Shown here: positions 36,780 to 48,557 of the stretch, in pieces
Position numbering within the stretch: the stretch's first letter is position 1
Layout of the letters: the number at the start of each line of letters is the position of its first letter
Source: Octopus bimaculoides
Lineage: Eukaryota
Direction of reading: 5' to 3'
Length of the DNA stretch: 64,000 nucleotides
Assembly (NCBI RefSeq): GCF_001194135.2
Contig: NC_068986.1
Location: 21,984,558 to 22,048,557 of the forward strand
The notes under the pieces: generated by a model
Database searches by the model: none
Told to the model about the DNA's origin: nothing
What the model saw: the letters and a program-made list of their open reading frames with translations, nothing else
Position numbers and translations under genes: made by a program

Positions 36780-37020
36780 TCAAAAGCAGCCTTTAAGATT
36801 CTTAGTGTGAATGTTGAAGATTAAGAAGTGAACTATGGTGGTTGTAAAGCATTTGAAAGATAGAGAATCGAACAACCCATCTTGAAATGAGCCCTTTGTA
36901 AACAGGACTTAACTTCAATCCCAGACAGTTCTCTGCCTGGAAATGTCTGTAACATCTGCAGGAAGGTCTGATGATTGTCCAAAGCCAGATTTGCTAGTCA
37001 TATAAAATCTCATGATGGCA
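36780..37020 (+). mobile_element. RTE-like LINE extreme C-terminus
   Basis: VCNICRKV..LSKARFASHIKSH (C2H2-like end), with stops. Confidence 0.5.
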
Positions 37021-37737
37021 TTTACTCACTGAAGAGATGTCTTCTCTTGTAAAGAAGTGGCAATCATCGTTGTGTGTGTGTGTGGTGTGTGCGCACATGC
37101 GCATATATCATCATCATTTAATGTCTGCTTTCCATGCTGGCATATATATATATATATAAAATTAATTAGAGGATATGTTAACCTCATGAAGGGATGGTTG
37201 CATCCAAGGAAATACTGGTTTAATGCCTAGTATTTTTGGGGAATGAAATTCCCTTATTATATACATAGAGAATGCATACAAACGGTTTTTGTATAATTCC
37301 TGTATACTAAATTCACTCACGAGCTGAAGCTATAACAGAAGACATTTGCTAAAAGTGCCATACAGTGAGATTGAACTGAGAACCTCATGCGTGTGAAGCA
37401 AACTTATTTAACCGTACAACCATGCTGGTGCCTACATTTATAAATATTTCTATAAAGTTGCATTATAAAATTGGTTACCAGAGATAGAGAATGACAAATG
37501 TCTTAGTTTAAATACATTAAAATAAAATACTGTAGTATTAATATACAATTTCATCTTGGGATTTAAGGAAATTGTAATCCATGAAATCATTAGTTAGTCA
37601 TAAATACAAAACCAAGCAAGATATGCCTTTTTATAGAGACATATTTTAAAAGAATTGTGTCTTATCTACTTATAGGTAAATATTTAGTTGTCATCAAAAT
37701 TCAATAGCGCAGATCTGATTAATCTACTTAGCAATAG

Positions 37738-37807
<70 letters not shown>

Positions 37808-37947
37808 GAAGACATCCAGTGTAATATACCTAATATATAACATTCTGTATGACATAGAAAACAAAATCAGAATTTGAAACTATTTACATATATTTAATGC
37901 AATGTACACTTAACAATATAAGTATGAATTGTAAAAATATTCAATGT

Positions 37948-37988
<41 letters not shown>

Positions 37989-37990
37989 TA

Positions 37991-38179
37991 TATATAAAGA
38001 TAGATATGGCTGGTTTATGGGGTTAACCTGGGCTTCACGTCCATAAAGCGCTTAGCTTTACCGCATGAGAGGCCATAGGCCAACAGGTTTAGGGTATGAA
38101 GAAATGCTGTAAAGCTAAGTGCTTTATGGGTGTGAAAACCAGGATAACCCCATAAGCCGGCCATATCTATCTTTATATA
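37991..38179. mobile_element. 189-bp foldback MITE / long inverted repeat
   Basis: Arms 37991-38066 and 38104-38179 match at 67/76; 37-bp spacer. Confidence 0.85.
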
Positions 38180-38258
38180 CTCTACATCTCTATAACTTAG
38201 AGTGTGCATGTTTTTGGGATTTATGGCTTACTGACGATATATATATGTATGTACTTAC

Positions 38259-38544
38259 CTGAGGGTACAGTGGGTATGAATATCGGGAATAGAAGGGCAT
38301 AGTGGAGAATGTGGGAACTTTTATTGGTCCATATGGATTAATCACAGCAGGATCAAAAAAAGGTTCGTCATCTAAAAGATGAGAGCGTAGCTGGCGACTT
38401 GGGACAAATTCTGGTGCTAAAGGATTGAGAACATAGGTCTTCTTTATTTCAGCTCCATCCAACTGGCCTCTGAGTTGACTCCAACTCATTCCAATTAAGC
38501 TACCATTTTTTGTAGCAGCCTCCAATAAATGTTCCCAGATTTTT
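38259..38544 (-). CDS. HELZ: HELZ exon with PAM2 motif (38400-38429)
   Basis: ttccacag|A AAA...CAG|gtaagt; KIWEHLL...KKTYVLNPLAPEFVPSR...YPLYPQ. Confidence 0.95.
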
Positions 38545-38699
38545 CTGTGGAAAAAGAAAAATATTGCGATGATAATTTTAGAGAAAAAAAAAAAAAAATT
38601 ATTGAAGATAGCATAATGTAAAAGAAATCATTGAAGAAATCTTAATATAACTTATTGTGAAATGGAATAAAGATCAGATCTGCTTTGCTTCACACAGAA

Positions 38700-39090
38700 A
38701 CAGCAGGAGCTACTCAAGAGGTTTTGCAAGCTCTTCTAAATCCATTGCATTGCTGGAAACCCTTCCATATCATCAGCAGGTATCTCATGGGAATAAGCGT
38801 TTCGCCCCATAGCCTGTATGCTTCACCTGAGTGGGGCAGCAAGGATTGAGCTAGTCTCCACTTAGGGAAAGGTTCCACTTGTGGTTTCTTATCAACCATA
38901 GCAACCTGGAGCTAGTTTCAGCTGCGGTGCCTGTTTCCTTGATGGTTTTCTTCAGTTGTCTGGGTTCCAGACTCAGGAAATAGCGCACTGATATAGACAG
39001 AAAGCCGTAGTAGCCAACTTCAATGGGCGAGGTTCTTTTTTTAATGTTCTGATATCTAAAGAAATGTTGGTAGCTACTTTGAAATGATTT
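38700..39090 (-). mobile_element. RLE-type (Hero/NeSL-like) LINE 3' fragment
   Basis: PIEVGYYGFLSIS...LKKTIKETGTAAETSSRLLWLIRNHKW* followed by a 3'UTR. Confidence 0.6.
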
Positions 39091-39303
39091 TTTTGTTAAG
39101 TTCACAGGTAAAAGTAGAACTATTGCATCATTACAATATTGACAACTTAAATCAGACTGGTAGATTATCAACATATATCACTGGGAGCAAAGAAAGGAAC
39201 TTTCGTTCAAAATTTAAAATCTGTGCATCTACATTTTTGTGTTTTAGTCTTTTGAAAGAAGTCCTGGAATCAGGGGAGGTAATAGAATCCACATTTATAT
39301 TAC

Positions 39304-39499
39304 CTGCATTTTCCGACAAGACAAAGAGACACAGGATCTCCAATAACAGCAACAAGTGACTGGGCCCGAGTGATTGCAGTGTTCAAGAGTTTGACATTAG
39401 ACAAGAAACCATAGTCGATTATGTCTTCCAAATTTCCTTCTGTACTACATGTGTGTCTTGTACGCACAGTACTCAGTACTATTACTCTGAACTGTTTGC
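39304..39499 (-). CDS. HELZ: HELZ exon, helicase motifs V/VI
   Basis: aatccag|GC AAA...TGC AG|gtaata; [13 protein letters not shown]...[28 protein letters not shown]. Confidence 0.96.
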
Positions 39500-39934
39500 C
39501 TGGATTAAAAGATTATATTTTCATTTAAATTAATAGCCTAGCTGAGAATGAGTACATTTTATGTTTTATTCATTTAGATTTAAGTTTTAAATGGTTTCTC
39601 TTAATGTTGGCAAAAGTAGGGCTGTTAAGATAAACACAACCTCAAATTCAAAGGTCATATCAAAATACTTTAATTCTAAAATAAAAAGTGAAATAAAATT
39701 TTTAAATATTTTACAAGTCTACTTTTAGATTCTTACATTACTAATCCAAATGACAAACAGTATTTATTTTGATAAATTTTGACAAATATTTAAAAATATT
39801 TCTATATTAAACTGATGTCACTAACTGGAATCAAAGAATTGTTTTTCCTTATGATTCTTAAAATGTGTGTATATAAACAAAAAAAAAATCTGTTCAGCAT
39901 TATCTACTATCAAGAAATGATTAGGTAACTTTAC

Positions 39935-40010
39935 CTTGAACATTTACAACTCTTTCAACAGAAACACCACCTAAATCTCGTTTTCGGAGTTCTGTTCTTA
40001 TTTTTTGTAC
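39935..40010 (-). CDS. HELZ: HELZ exon
   Basis: atttcag|GTA...CAA G|gtaaag; VQKIRTELRKRDLGGVSVERVVNVQ(G). Confidence 0.94.
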
Positions 40011-40383
40011 CTGAAATTATATTTGCTGATTAGTAAAATATGAAACATACATACACAAAAACACAGCTGATTTAATTAGTTGTTTGTATTGATTAGACCC
40101 CATTAATTAATCACATCTCTCATATTAATAATCTTCACACTTAAATATTTTTGCAAATCTTAAAAAAAATCTATATTAACAATACTAAACTTATCCCTCT
40201 CATCTCACCAAGCCTTCTTTACAAGAGCCTCCATAGCTTATGTGTTATATCTATCTTTCTTGGAAGAAGCAAATGGGATTAAAAAAAAAAGGGGGTGGAT
40301 TTACAAAGGGCTCTGATTAATGGATGAATTATTAATCTCTCTGAAAATATTTCCAATTTTATTAAGTATAAGAACATACTTAC

Positions 40384-40491
40384 TTGGTCACCATAGGGAG
40401 TTACCACACCAATGCTGTTTTCACCAAATGGCTCCCACTCAGAGGGCCAACTTTTCACTAATTCTGTGACTCTTTCTGCCACCTCATAAAC
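40384..40491 (-). CDS. HELZ: HELZ exon
   Basis: tttttag|GTT...CAA|gtaagt; VYEVAERV...SIGVVTPYGDQ. Confidence 0.95.
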
Positions 40492-40672
40492 CTAAAAATA
40501 AAACCATTTTCACTGAGATTTGAAATACAGCTTAAATTTATGAAACTACAACATTTTGATTACTCTCTAAAAACTCGATAATTAGTATGAAAGGGAATTT
40601 TTTAAGCGATGCATTAATCCTTTAACACAGTTGACTGTATCTTTTAATTCTAAGTTGTTAACTTTAGAATAT

Positions 40673-41099
40673 AAGGTGAAGTATATTTGCCACTTAAATG
40701 CAGCTAACCCCTAAGGGTGAATGCTACTGTAGCTTGTAGCCCCAGGAGAACATCTCCTCCAGCTGGCTACTGACACACTTTCTGTGCCCTGTCGGTATTT
40801 GCAAAGGGAAGTCATCCTTCCCATCGTCGATCTGACGTGATACACACGGACCCGGGTTTCTGGGTATTTACCCTTCGTCAGCGTACGACAATCACCAATC
40901 TTCGATGCGAAGGGCTCCCAATGCAAATACATATATCCTTTTTGTAGTGACGAAAATTCACTGATCTAAAAAAGTGTAAACAAGCAATAGTAAATCTCTG
41001 AAAGAGGTATAAACAGTAGCTACACGACAAGGTGAAGTATATTTGCCACTTAAATGCGGCTAAACCCTAAGGGTGAATGCTACTGTAGCTTGTAGCCCC
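40673..41099 (-). mobile_element. Hammerhead-bearing 356-bp unit with 71-bp terminal direct repeats (retrozyme / Penelope-like derivative)
   Basis: 40673-40743 and 41029-41099 match at 69/71; no coding capacity; hammerhead in the core. Confidence 0.65.
40816..40913 (-). ncRNA. Type I hammerhead ribozyme fold
   Basis: RNA GUGAU-UGU-CGUACG-CUGACGA-A-GGGU(AAAU)ACCC-A-GAAA-CCCGGG-UC^CGUGUG-U-AUCAC. Helix I is extended by CAUCG/CGAUG and CCUUC/GAAGG. There is one non-canonical A at 40861. Confidence 0.75.
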
Positions 41100-41799
41100 T
41101 GTAACAAAACAGTAGTAATATTACTCACTGAATCTAAATAGACAGAAAAATATCTGGAGCTGAGTTTTCAGGGATAAGTAAATGGTCTGCATTGACAACA
41201 CTAAGTCAACAGGAGAGTTTGATTGATAACTATAACACCATGTTTTCTCTTTTCTCACTCTCATACAAAGAACAAAGCTTGAAATGTTAGAGCTTATATT
41301 TCTTTGAATAAATCAAATTTATTAAGCCCTCCTATAATTTATGGAATCACACTTCTTTATCCTGTGTACAAAGTGTTCCGTTTTAGAAAAAGAAACAACC
41401 AACATTTAATAAATTGATATTTGTAATTTATACCACATGATCTTTATATCCTGCTTTTAAACAAGATCAATTCTGTGATGGTACTCCACATTCATCCTAT
41501 CCAGTTATTAATTCAAAATTAGAGAGTGCTAATGGACACTTTCTTCAAAACGAAAAAAAAATCTATGAATCTTTGATGATAATAACAAATTATAAATATA
41601 CAAGTAAATAGCAGAATCCAGAGACCACCAGAAAGAATACCACGTAGTATTGGTTTATCTCCCTTTACATTCAGAGTTTAAATTCATCCTGTGTGTACCT
41701 GAAAGTTGCTTTATTCAACTATACTCCCTAGATAGCTGCACTCCAGTATGGCCACAATTCAATCACTAAAACCAGTGCAAACAATTAAGGAATACTCAC

Positions 41800-42093
41800 C
41801 TCTGCAATATTAAAGAATCCTGTACTATTTTGGTGCTGTACTTCTTCACCTTTAGCAGTGAAAAATGTAAATGGCCAGTAGAGGGGATGGCGTGATTCCT
41901 GCCCCGCCGAAATTAGTTTGTTATCATAAAAAAGACTAGATGTGAAGTTTACAAGTTCAATGGTTGAACGATAGTTTTCATGGAGCATAATCCTACAAGG
42001 AGACTCTATTGGATAGTCTTCATAAAGTCTTTCAAGCAATGAGCGGTGAAAATTTCTCTGCCGAGCATAATCAGCATATATCTCGGGACTCAT
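41800..42093 (-). CDS. HELZ: HELZ exon
   Basis: tattcag|ATG...GAG|gtgagt; MSPEIY...SLLERLY...LHENYRS...FFNIAE. Confidence 0.96.
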
Positions 42094-42281
42094 CTGAATA
42101 ATAACAATAACAATAATAATAATAATGATATTGAATTTAATATTTGTGACACTCAAATGAATATCAAATATATTTAATTCAAAATATGGCACAGGGGTGT
42201 TGACAACAGAGGAATATACATAAAGACAGTTTTAAAAAATGATTTTTTAAAAATGTATGTCACTTAAGACTTTCCACTTAC

Positions 42282-42400
42282 TTGCATATGATCTCCAGCT
42301 AAGACTACTTTTGTATTCACTCCAGCAAGACCCAATGGGATAAGACTTTCAGTTTCCATGACTTGAGCAGCTTCATCAAGGAAGATGTGTGTGAAAAAAT
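42282..42400 (-). CDS. HELZ: HELZ exon, helicase motifs II/III
   Basis: ttcttcag|AT TTT...CAA|gtaagt; [22 protein letters not shown]...VVLAGDHMQ. Confidence 0.96.
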
Positions 42401-42593
42401 CTGAAGAAAACAAACAACCAAATATGAATATATTTCAACAAATCTTTTAATGTTTGGCTGTCTTAAAAAAATATCGGAAGATATAAAAAAATATCAGAAC
42501 ATTATACAAAAATTTTAAATCAAATGTAGCCAGTTGCAAAGTGTAATTTTAAAAACAAGAAGTGAAAAATAAAAATTGAGAATTCAATCATAC

Positions 42594-42844
42594 CTGGACC
42601 CAAATTCAAATCATAAATGATTCGAGATTGATTAAGAGTTGTTATAATAACTCGATGATTTTTCAAGTCTTCAACTGTGGGGACTCGGAATGTTGAATCA
42701 GGCTGCAGTAATGAGTACTTGATCACTGAGCTAGGAACAGTGAGTACCCATCTTTTTCGGAAATAGATACGGAGAGGTCGTGCTTCAGGGTGTCCACTTG
42801 TTACATAAGGGTCGAAAAATTCTTTAATGTACAGATCAGCCGCA
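42594..42844 (-). CDS. HELZ: HELZ exon, helicase motifs Ia/Ib
   Basis: ttatctag|T GCG...CCA G|gtatg; AADLYIKEFFDPYV...ARPLRIYFRKRWV... Confidence 0.95.
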
Positions 42845-43139
42845 CTAGATAAAACAATATAAAGATATTAAATAAATGTTATATAATACAGATTAGTAGC
42901 ATTTCTAAAATAAATAAAAATAATATTACTTGTACAAAGTCTGTCTATATAAGAAACCAGACTTTAAAACAGCATGCTATTCAACAAGTGTAAGCATTCT
43001 TGTGAATAAAGATTCATGTATGAGTAATCTTGGCCTTCAGTCTAATAACAGTCACATCATGCTACATCAGTTAGTCACTAAGTTACACATGATAGAATAA
43101 ACCTATGTTTTGGTGATTTGTCACAAGTTCAACAATTAA

Positions 43140-44640
43140 AGATTTGAAAGAGTAATATGTTTCTGTGAAAATGTAATTCAAATTTTAAAAATGCTTTTAT
43201 GAAGCGCTTTCCAATGGTGTAACACAACAAATGGGAAGATTGAGTCGTACACAATGTCACGAAGGGTGCATTGGCACCCTTCAAATCAGGAATGACATCC
43301 ATCAAAATGATCTCAAACTTGAGTGAAACTCCATAACAACAAATGATGATCACATCACATCAGTGCATGCAGTGATTTCTGAAAATCACCACCTGACTGT
43401 CTGTGGAGTTTCTGAAGAAGCAGACACCTGCAAAGTTTGTGTCACATGATAGTGGTTTCAAATTTTGGCACAAGGCCAACAATTTCTGGGGAGGGAGTAA
43501 GTCAATTACATCAATCCCCAGGGTTCAACTGGTACTTAAGGATGAATGTCAAAGTTGACACCAATGGAATTTGAACTCAGAATGCAAGGACGGATGAAAT
43601 GCTGCTAAGAATTTTATCAGACATGCTAACAATTCTACAGCTTGCTGCCTTAGTGAGATGCATACAGCACCTTTGTGTTACATAATATTAAAAGAAAATG
43701 ATTTGAGTGGTCACAAAATTTGTGTTGGGTTTGCTAATAGACAAACACAAGAAATGAAAACTTTCTGAGAAGTGTCATAATAGGAAATGAAACCTATAAA
43801 GTTGAAGCAAAAAAGGCATCATCACAGAGGGCTGAGTCATTGTTGCCATAACTAGCATGTAATGTTAGCAGATACCAGTTGCTGACAAAGTGCAAGACAC
43901 TGAAATCATATGATACAACGGTTAAACCACTGGTGCTTGGCAATTCTCATCTGCTACCAATATTGGTGTTTTCATACACAAGACATCTGCATAAGAAACT
44001 TTCTCAGGGTGAATACGGCAGTATTATATATCCATGTTAAGCAGGATATAAAGGTTGCCATTCAGTAATAATACTGCCTCCATTGCTATCTGAGTTTTAC
44101 CTGGTCTGCCAGCTGTTAGCAAAGCCAGCAAATAAATAGTTGCTGATTCTCTGTATAATGGTGGAAAAGAGATTTGACCAGCATGCGGTGTTAGAAAAAT
44201 ACCTGTTGCTGATGAAGCACAAACCATGCTGAAATCATAACAAAACTGTCTCTGTCACTGATATCTAAAATAAAGTGTCAGAATCAGTAAAACGTGGTGA
44301 TGTTAATCATTGTTTTTTTGATAGGAAGGGTGTCATTCATCACATGTCTGTTTCATGTGGTCAGAAAATCAGTAAAGAATTTTACTTTAATGTCCTGAGG
44401 TGTTCGTAAGAGGCAATGTGAAAAGAGAAACCTGAGACATGGACAAACAAAACATGAATGCTGCATCACAATGAAACACCTCCTTATGTGTTATTCTTTA
44501 TCCATTATATTTTGGGCAAAGTGCAAGACAACTTTCCTTCCCTAGTTGCACTATTCTCCAAATTTATCCCCTGTCCACTATTTTTTTTTAGGTGAAATCC
44601 ACTCTGAAAGATCACTGATTGTAGAAGGTAGAAATTATTG
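43140..44640 (+). mobile_element. Fragmented mariner transposon interrupted by a SINE (about 43465-43650)
   Basis: DDHITSVHAVISENHHLTV..VSEE (about 43340-43420); FFDRKGVIHH...GQKISKEFYFNVLR...KPETW...MLHHN (about 44315-44475). Confidence 0.75.
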
Positions 44641-44946
44641 AAAATGACAATAATTTACTATGACAATGGGAAGACAATTTGGTCGAGCAATTTGGGTTAA
44701 GACGGAAAAGAATGGCACAATCAAGACAAAACTGGAAGTGCATAGTGACCAGTGATACGTAACAGCATCTGATGACCTAGTCAATACTGTGATATTGTGA
44801 TTTAATAAATAGAGAAAAGGAGAATACTTTACCCTGAAAAAATATTAGAATTTAATCAATAATAAAATAGATGATTATATGACTTTATTAGTATCATATG
44901 TCAATGTTATTGTAATGTAATTTAGAAAAAACGGTTTTAAAATTAC

Positions 44947-45156
44947 CTATTTGAATGGGTACAGATCATTATTCGAGTTCCTTTCTTCTGAAGGGCAAGT
45001 TTGGCAGCTTGGGCAAGTGTGAAGGTCTTTCCTGTTCCATAAGGCCCAAGCAACAATAAAGGTGGTAAACGCACACCATTAGAATCTGCTATTATTCCTG
45101 CAATAGCTTGTCGTTGTTTCTCATTCACCCGGGAATCAAGCAGACCTTCCAAAGAA
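44947..45156 (-). CDS. HELZ: HELZ exon, helicase motif I (Walker A at 45024-45047)
   Basis: ttcttcag|T TCT...AAT AG|gtaatt; ...[17 protein letters not shown]...ICTHSN. Confidence 0.96.
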
Positions 45157-45885
45157 CTGAAGAAAAAAAGAAGAAACAAAAATTCAATGAATCATGATCT
45201 GAAATACCAAAAATTTTAATGCATCATGAAATGATCTTTAGATTCTTTCTTTATATGACCATACGAGTCATAAATTTATGACTCATAAATCTTTCATAAC
45301 TGCTTCATTAAGTAGTAGAACATTTCTTTACCAACACTATTCACTCCATCAGAGATGGTCCTTCATTAGATGTAAACACAGAATAATTAGGAAGATAGAT
45401 CTATGGGTCTCATGCCTTGTCATTCAGCTGACTTCCAGCATTATTATAGAATTGCTTAATCAGTACTTCACAACAACGACTAACCAAATGTTCATTTTTC
45501 TTCTGGACATGCAGATCACACAAGTCCACAAAAACTGTTCCTATGGTCAAAAAAATGTCTAGCAGGTCCTTGTAAAATAGTAAACCCAAAAAGAAACAAC
45601 TAATAATTCAGTAAAAACTACCAAATCATTCCACCAAGTCATCTATTCTCTCTATAAAAAAAAAAAAAGCCTCCAAACTAAACTGGATATATTTTCCAGA
45701 ATAAATAAGCAGAGGTCTCTGTTCACCAAATTTCTTCATAAAAGTATTGGTTGGTTTAAAGTTATTGTAGAAGAAACTTACTCAAGGTGCCATGCAGTAG
45801 GATTGAACCCAATGTTATAGGATTATGAAATGAACTTCTTAACCACACAGCTATGCCTGAACCTTCGTTTATGATACTTTTGGTT

Positions 45886-46380
45886 TCATCATCATCATCA
45901 TCATCATCATCCAGTATTTTAAATCTGGGTTTAGTCCCCATTAACGGGGTGGCCAGATCTACCTCAATGTCATAGCAACCACCCTCACACCATCTCACCC
46001 AGTTTTGGGCGTCCTCCTTTTTCAAACCAATCTCCTCCCCTACCTGTCCCCTCCACCTTTTCCTTGGTCTACCTCGCTTTCAAACTCCATTTACCCCAAA
46101 TGCAATCACCTTCCTCAGAAAATGCTCTTCATGCCTCAACACATGCCCATACCACCTCACTCCATTCATCCTTGCCAACCATTCCACTGATTCCTCCAAT
46201 CCCAGCATTCCCATCTAATCCTCAGTCCTCCTCTTATCAAACGGCTTCACCCCACACATTTCTTTCACCATTGCTCTCTGTCCTTCTCAAAATTACCATC
46301 TCTCTCTCTCCCAGACACCATGTCTCACTCCCATACAACATTGCAGTTCTCACACAACTCTTATAGACCCGTAACTCTTT
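45886..46380 (-). mobile_element. RTE-clade LINE 3' end with (GAT)n tail
   Basis: YKSCVRTAMLYGSETWCL...RWYGHVLR...RGRPRKRW...EDAQNWVRW, then GAT repeats. Confidence 0.85.
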
Positions 46381-47049
46381 AGACCAATTTGAAAACTTTA
46401 AAAAACTCTAAATTAATACACGATTCCTTATGAAATTGGAAAAGTGACCAGCTACAGCAACTATTTGCTATCAGTAAATAGCTGCAGTAATACTGAAAAC
46501 CATTCTTGGAGCAGTTTAGATCAGGAACAAGCAACCTTCTGAAATGCAAGCCACATGAGACATGGCTCATCATCAAGGGAACTGTACTACTAAAAAAAAT
46601 TCAAGGTAATTTTTCGATAGTCATGCCTTCTTTCAGAAAGTTTCACAGACCACAGTTTACTGATGTCTCTTCTAGCAGTTCTCTACTTCTGTAATTATAT
46701 AAGCAACCATGAACTGATATGTGTCAAGGGTTTTCAAAGAGAAAATATCATACATAAAGACCAACTATCCAAAATTCAATTTAGAATAGTCAGTGTAAGG
46801 TGAATATAATACTTTCCAAACAATAATAATTGTGGCTTGTTGTTGACTTGTTTAACTTGTACTTCTGCTTTTTTTTATTTTAGGTAAAAGATTACTAGTT
46901 TTCATATGTACTAATGACTATTTTGTTTTCTTATGCAGACTGGAACAGAGAAGGCATGACAATGATGAGGCCGTGAATGGCAATGAAATGACTTTAACAA
47001 GCCTATCTGATCGATTGATCGAACAAATAATCAAACAGTCGAGAAGTTA

Positions 47050-47370
47050 ATTTTATCTTTTAAGCCTGGTACTCGTTCTATCAGTCTCTTTTGCTGAACT
47101 GCTAAGCTACAGGGACATCAACATACCAACATCAGCTGTCAAGCGGTGGTGGGACATAGACAGACAGACAGACACAGACACAGACACACACACACACACA
47201 TAAACACACACACGACAAGCTTCTTTCAGTTTCCATCTACCAAATCCATTCACAAGACTTAGGTCAACCTGATACTATAGTAGAAAACATTTGCCCAAAG
47301 TGCCACGCAGTGGGACTGAACCTGGAACCATGTGGTTGGGAAGCAAGCTTCTTACCATACAACCACTGGT
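47050..47370 (-). mobile_element. SINE family A copy in HELZ intron
   Basis: Reverse complement of the family A head and body. Confidence 0.75.
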
Positions 47371-47534
47371 TAATTAATTAACAAATAAATAATAAAATAA
47401 GTGAAATAGAACCAGTGCATGTGTGTATTATTGGCATAATGACCCTCCTGTTTCAACACAGGAGTTCACATCAAGAATCTTGTAAACCAAATACAAAAAT
47501 GAAATATTTAAATGAAATCTAAAGTGTAACTTAC

Positions 47535-47659
47535 CTATCAATTTCCCAGGGAACACTAGGAGCGTGTAACATATTGGGGAATACAATGTCCAGGTCAGGT
47601 AAGTTATCAATGGCATGATGCATTTCACATTTAGGTAACCGATTCAACTGAAACTGCAC
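47535..47659 (-). CDS. HELZ: HELZ exon
   Basis: attccag|GTG...GAT AG|gtaag; VQFQLNRLPKCEMHHAIDNLPDLDIVFP... Confidence 0.93.
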
Positions 47660-47961
47660 CTGGAATTAAAAGGGGTGAAGTATCTTGTATAGAAATCCTT
47701 TTTTTTTTTGTTCTTTTTGTAAACATCAAAGCAATCAATATTTATTTTCACACCTTTTAATCCAAAACAAATGTGAATCTGATAAATAAAGTACATTGTA
47801 ACCACCATCCACATTCAATGTTATAGATATTTCAAGCACAAAATGCAGAACCAGCAATATTAAAAAAGTATTATTATTATAATTATTATTATTATTATTA
47901 TTATAATGATGATGATGATGATGATGATGATGATAATAATAATAATAATAATAATAGCAGC

Positions 47962-48557
47962 AGCAGCAGTACCAGTCATTGGTTCTCATGGCTTCTGCTC
48001 TTAATTGATTGGAAGTGTTATGTACATTGTTTTGTCTTGGTATAAAAGATGGGCTACAGCAAATATTCTGCTCAATACCAAAGATTTGCTTGTCAATTGT
48101 TTGACCTTAACCAGTTGAGCATGTCCCTTGGTGGCCGACGATATGTGGATCTCTGATCACAAGCAGAAGTAGTGGGGGAGCATCATAGCCATGTGTTGAG
48201 AAGAATTCTTCGGGGTTTGAATAATTCACTTTTGGAAACATGGGTGTTTTGCTCAACATCCTTAAACAAACCTTATTCAGGGGCCTTTTGTGCGGGATGG
48301 GCTACTCGACCTGAAGAAAATTCTAACTGGGCCCCACCTGTGAGGTCATGTGCTGTTTATCTTGATATGAGATCACCATGTCGCGCACGTATGGTTGTGA
48401 TGCATGTGCCTGGTGTACCCTTATCAGACGGGTAGTCATGATGGGTATATTGGGCTTTGTATATTTTACCCCAGTGTCACTTTGATGGCATGCACTGCTC
48501 TCTCACTCAATAATAATAATAATAATAACAACAATAATAATAATCATAATAATAACT
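47962..48557 (+). mobile_element. Family E copy in HELZ intron
   Basis: Colinear with 21271-21870; flanked by trinucleotide tracts. Confidence 0.8.
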
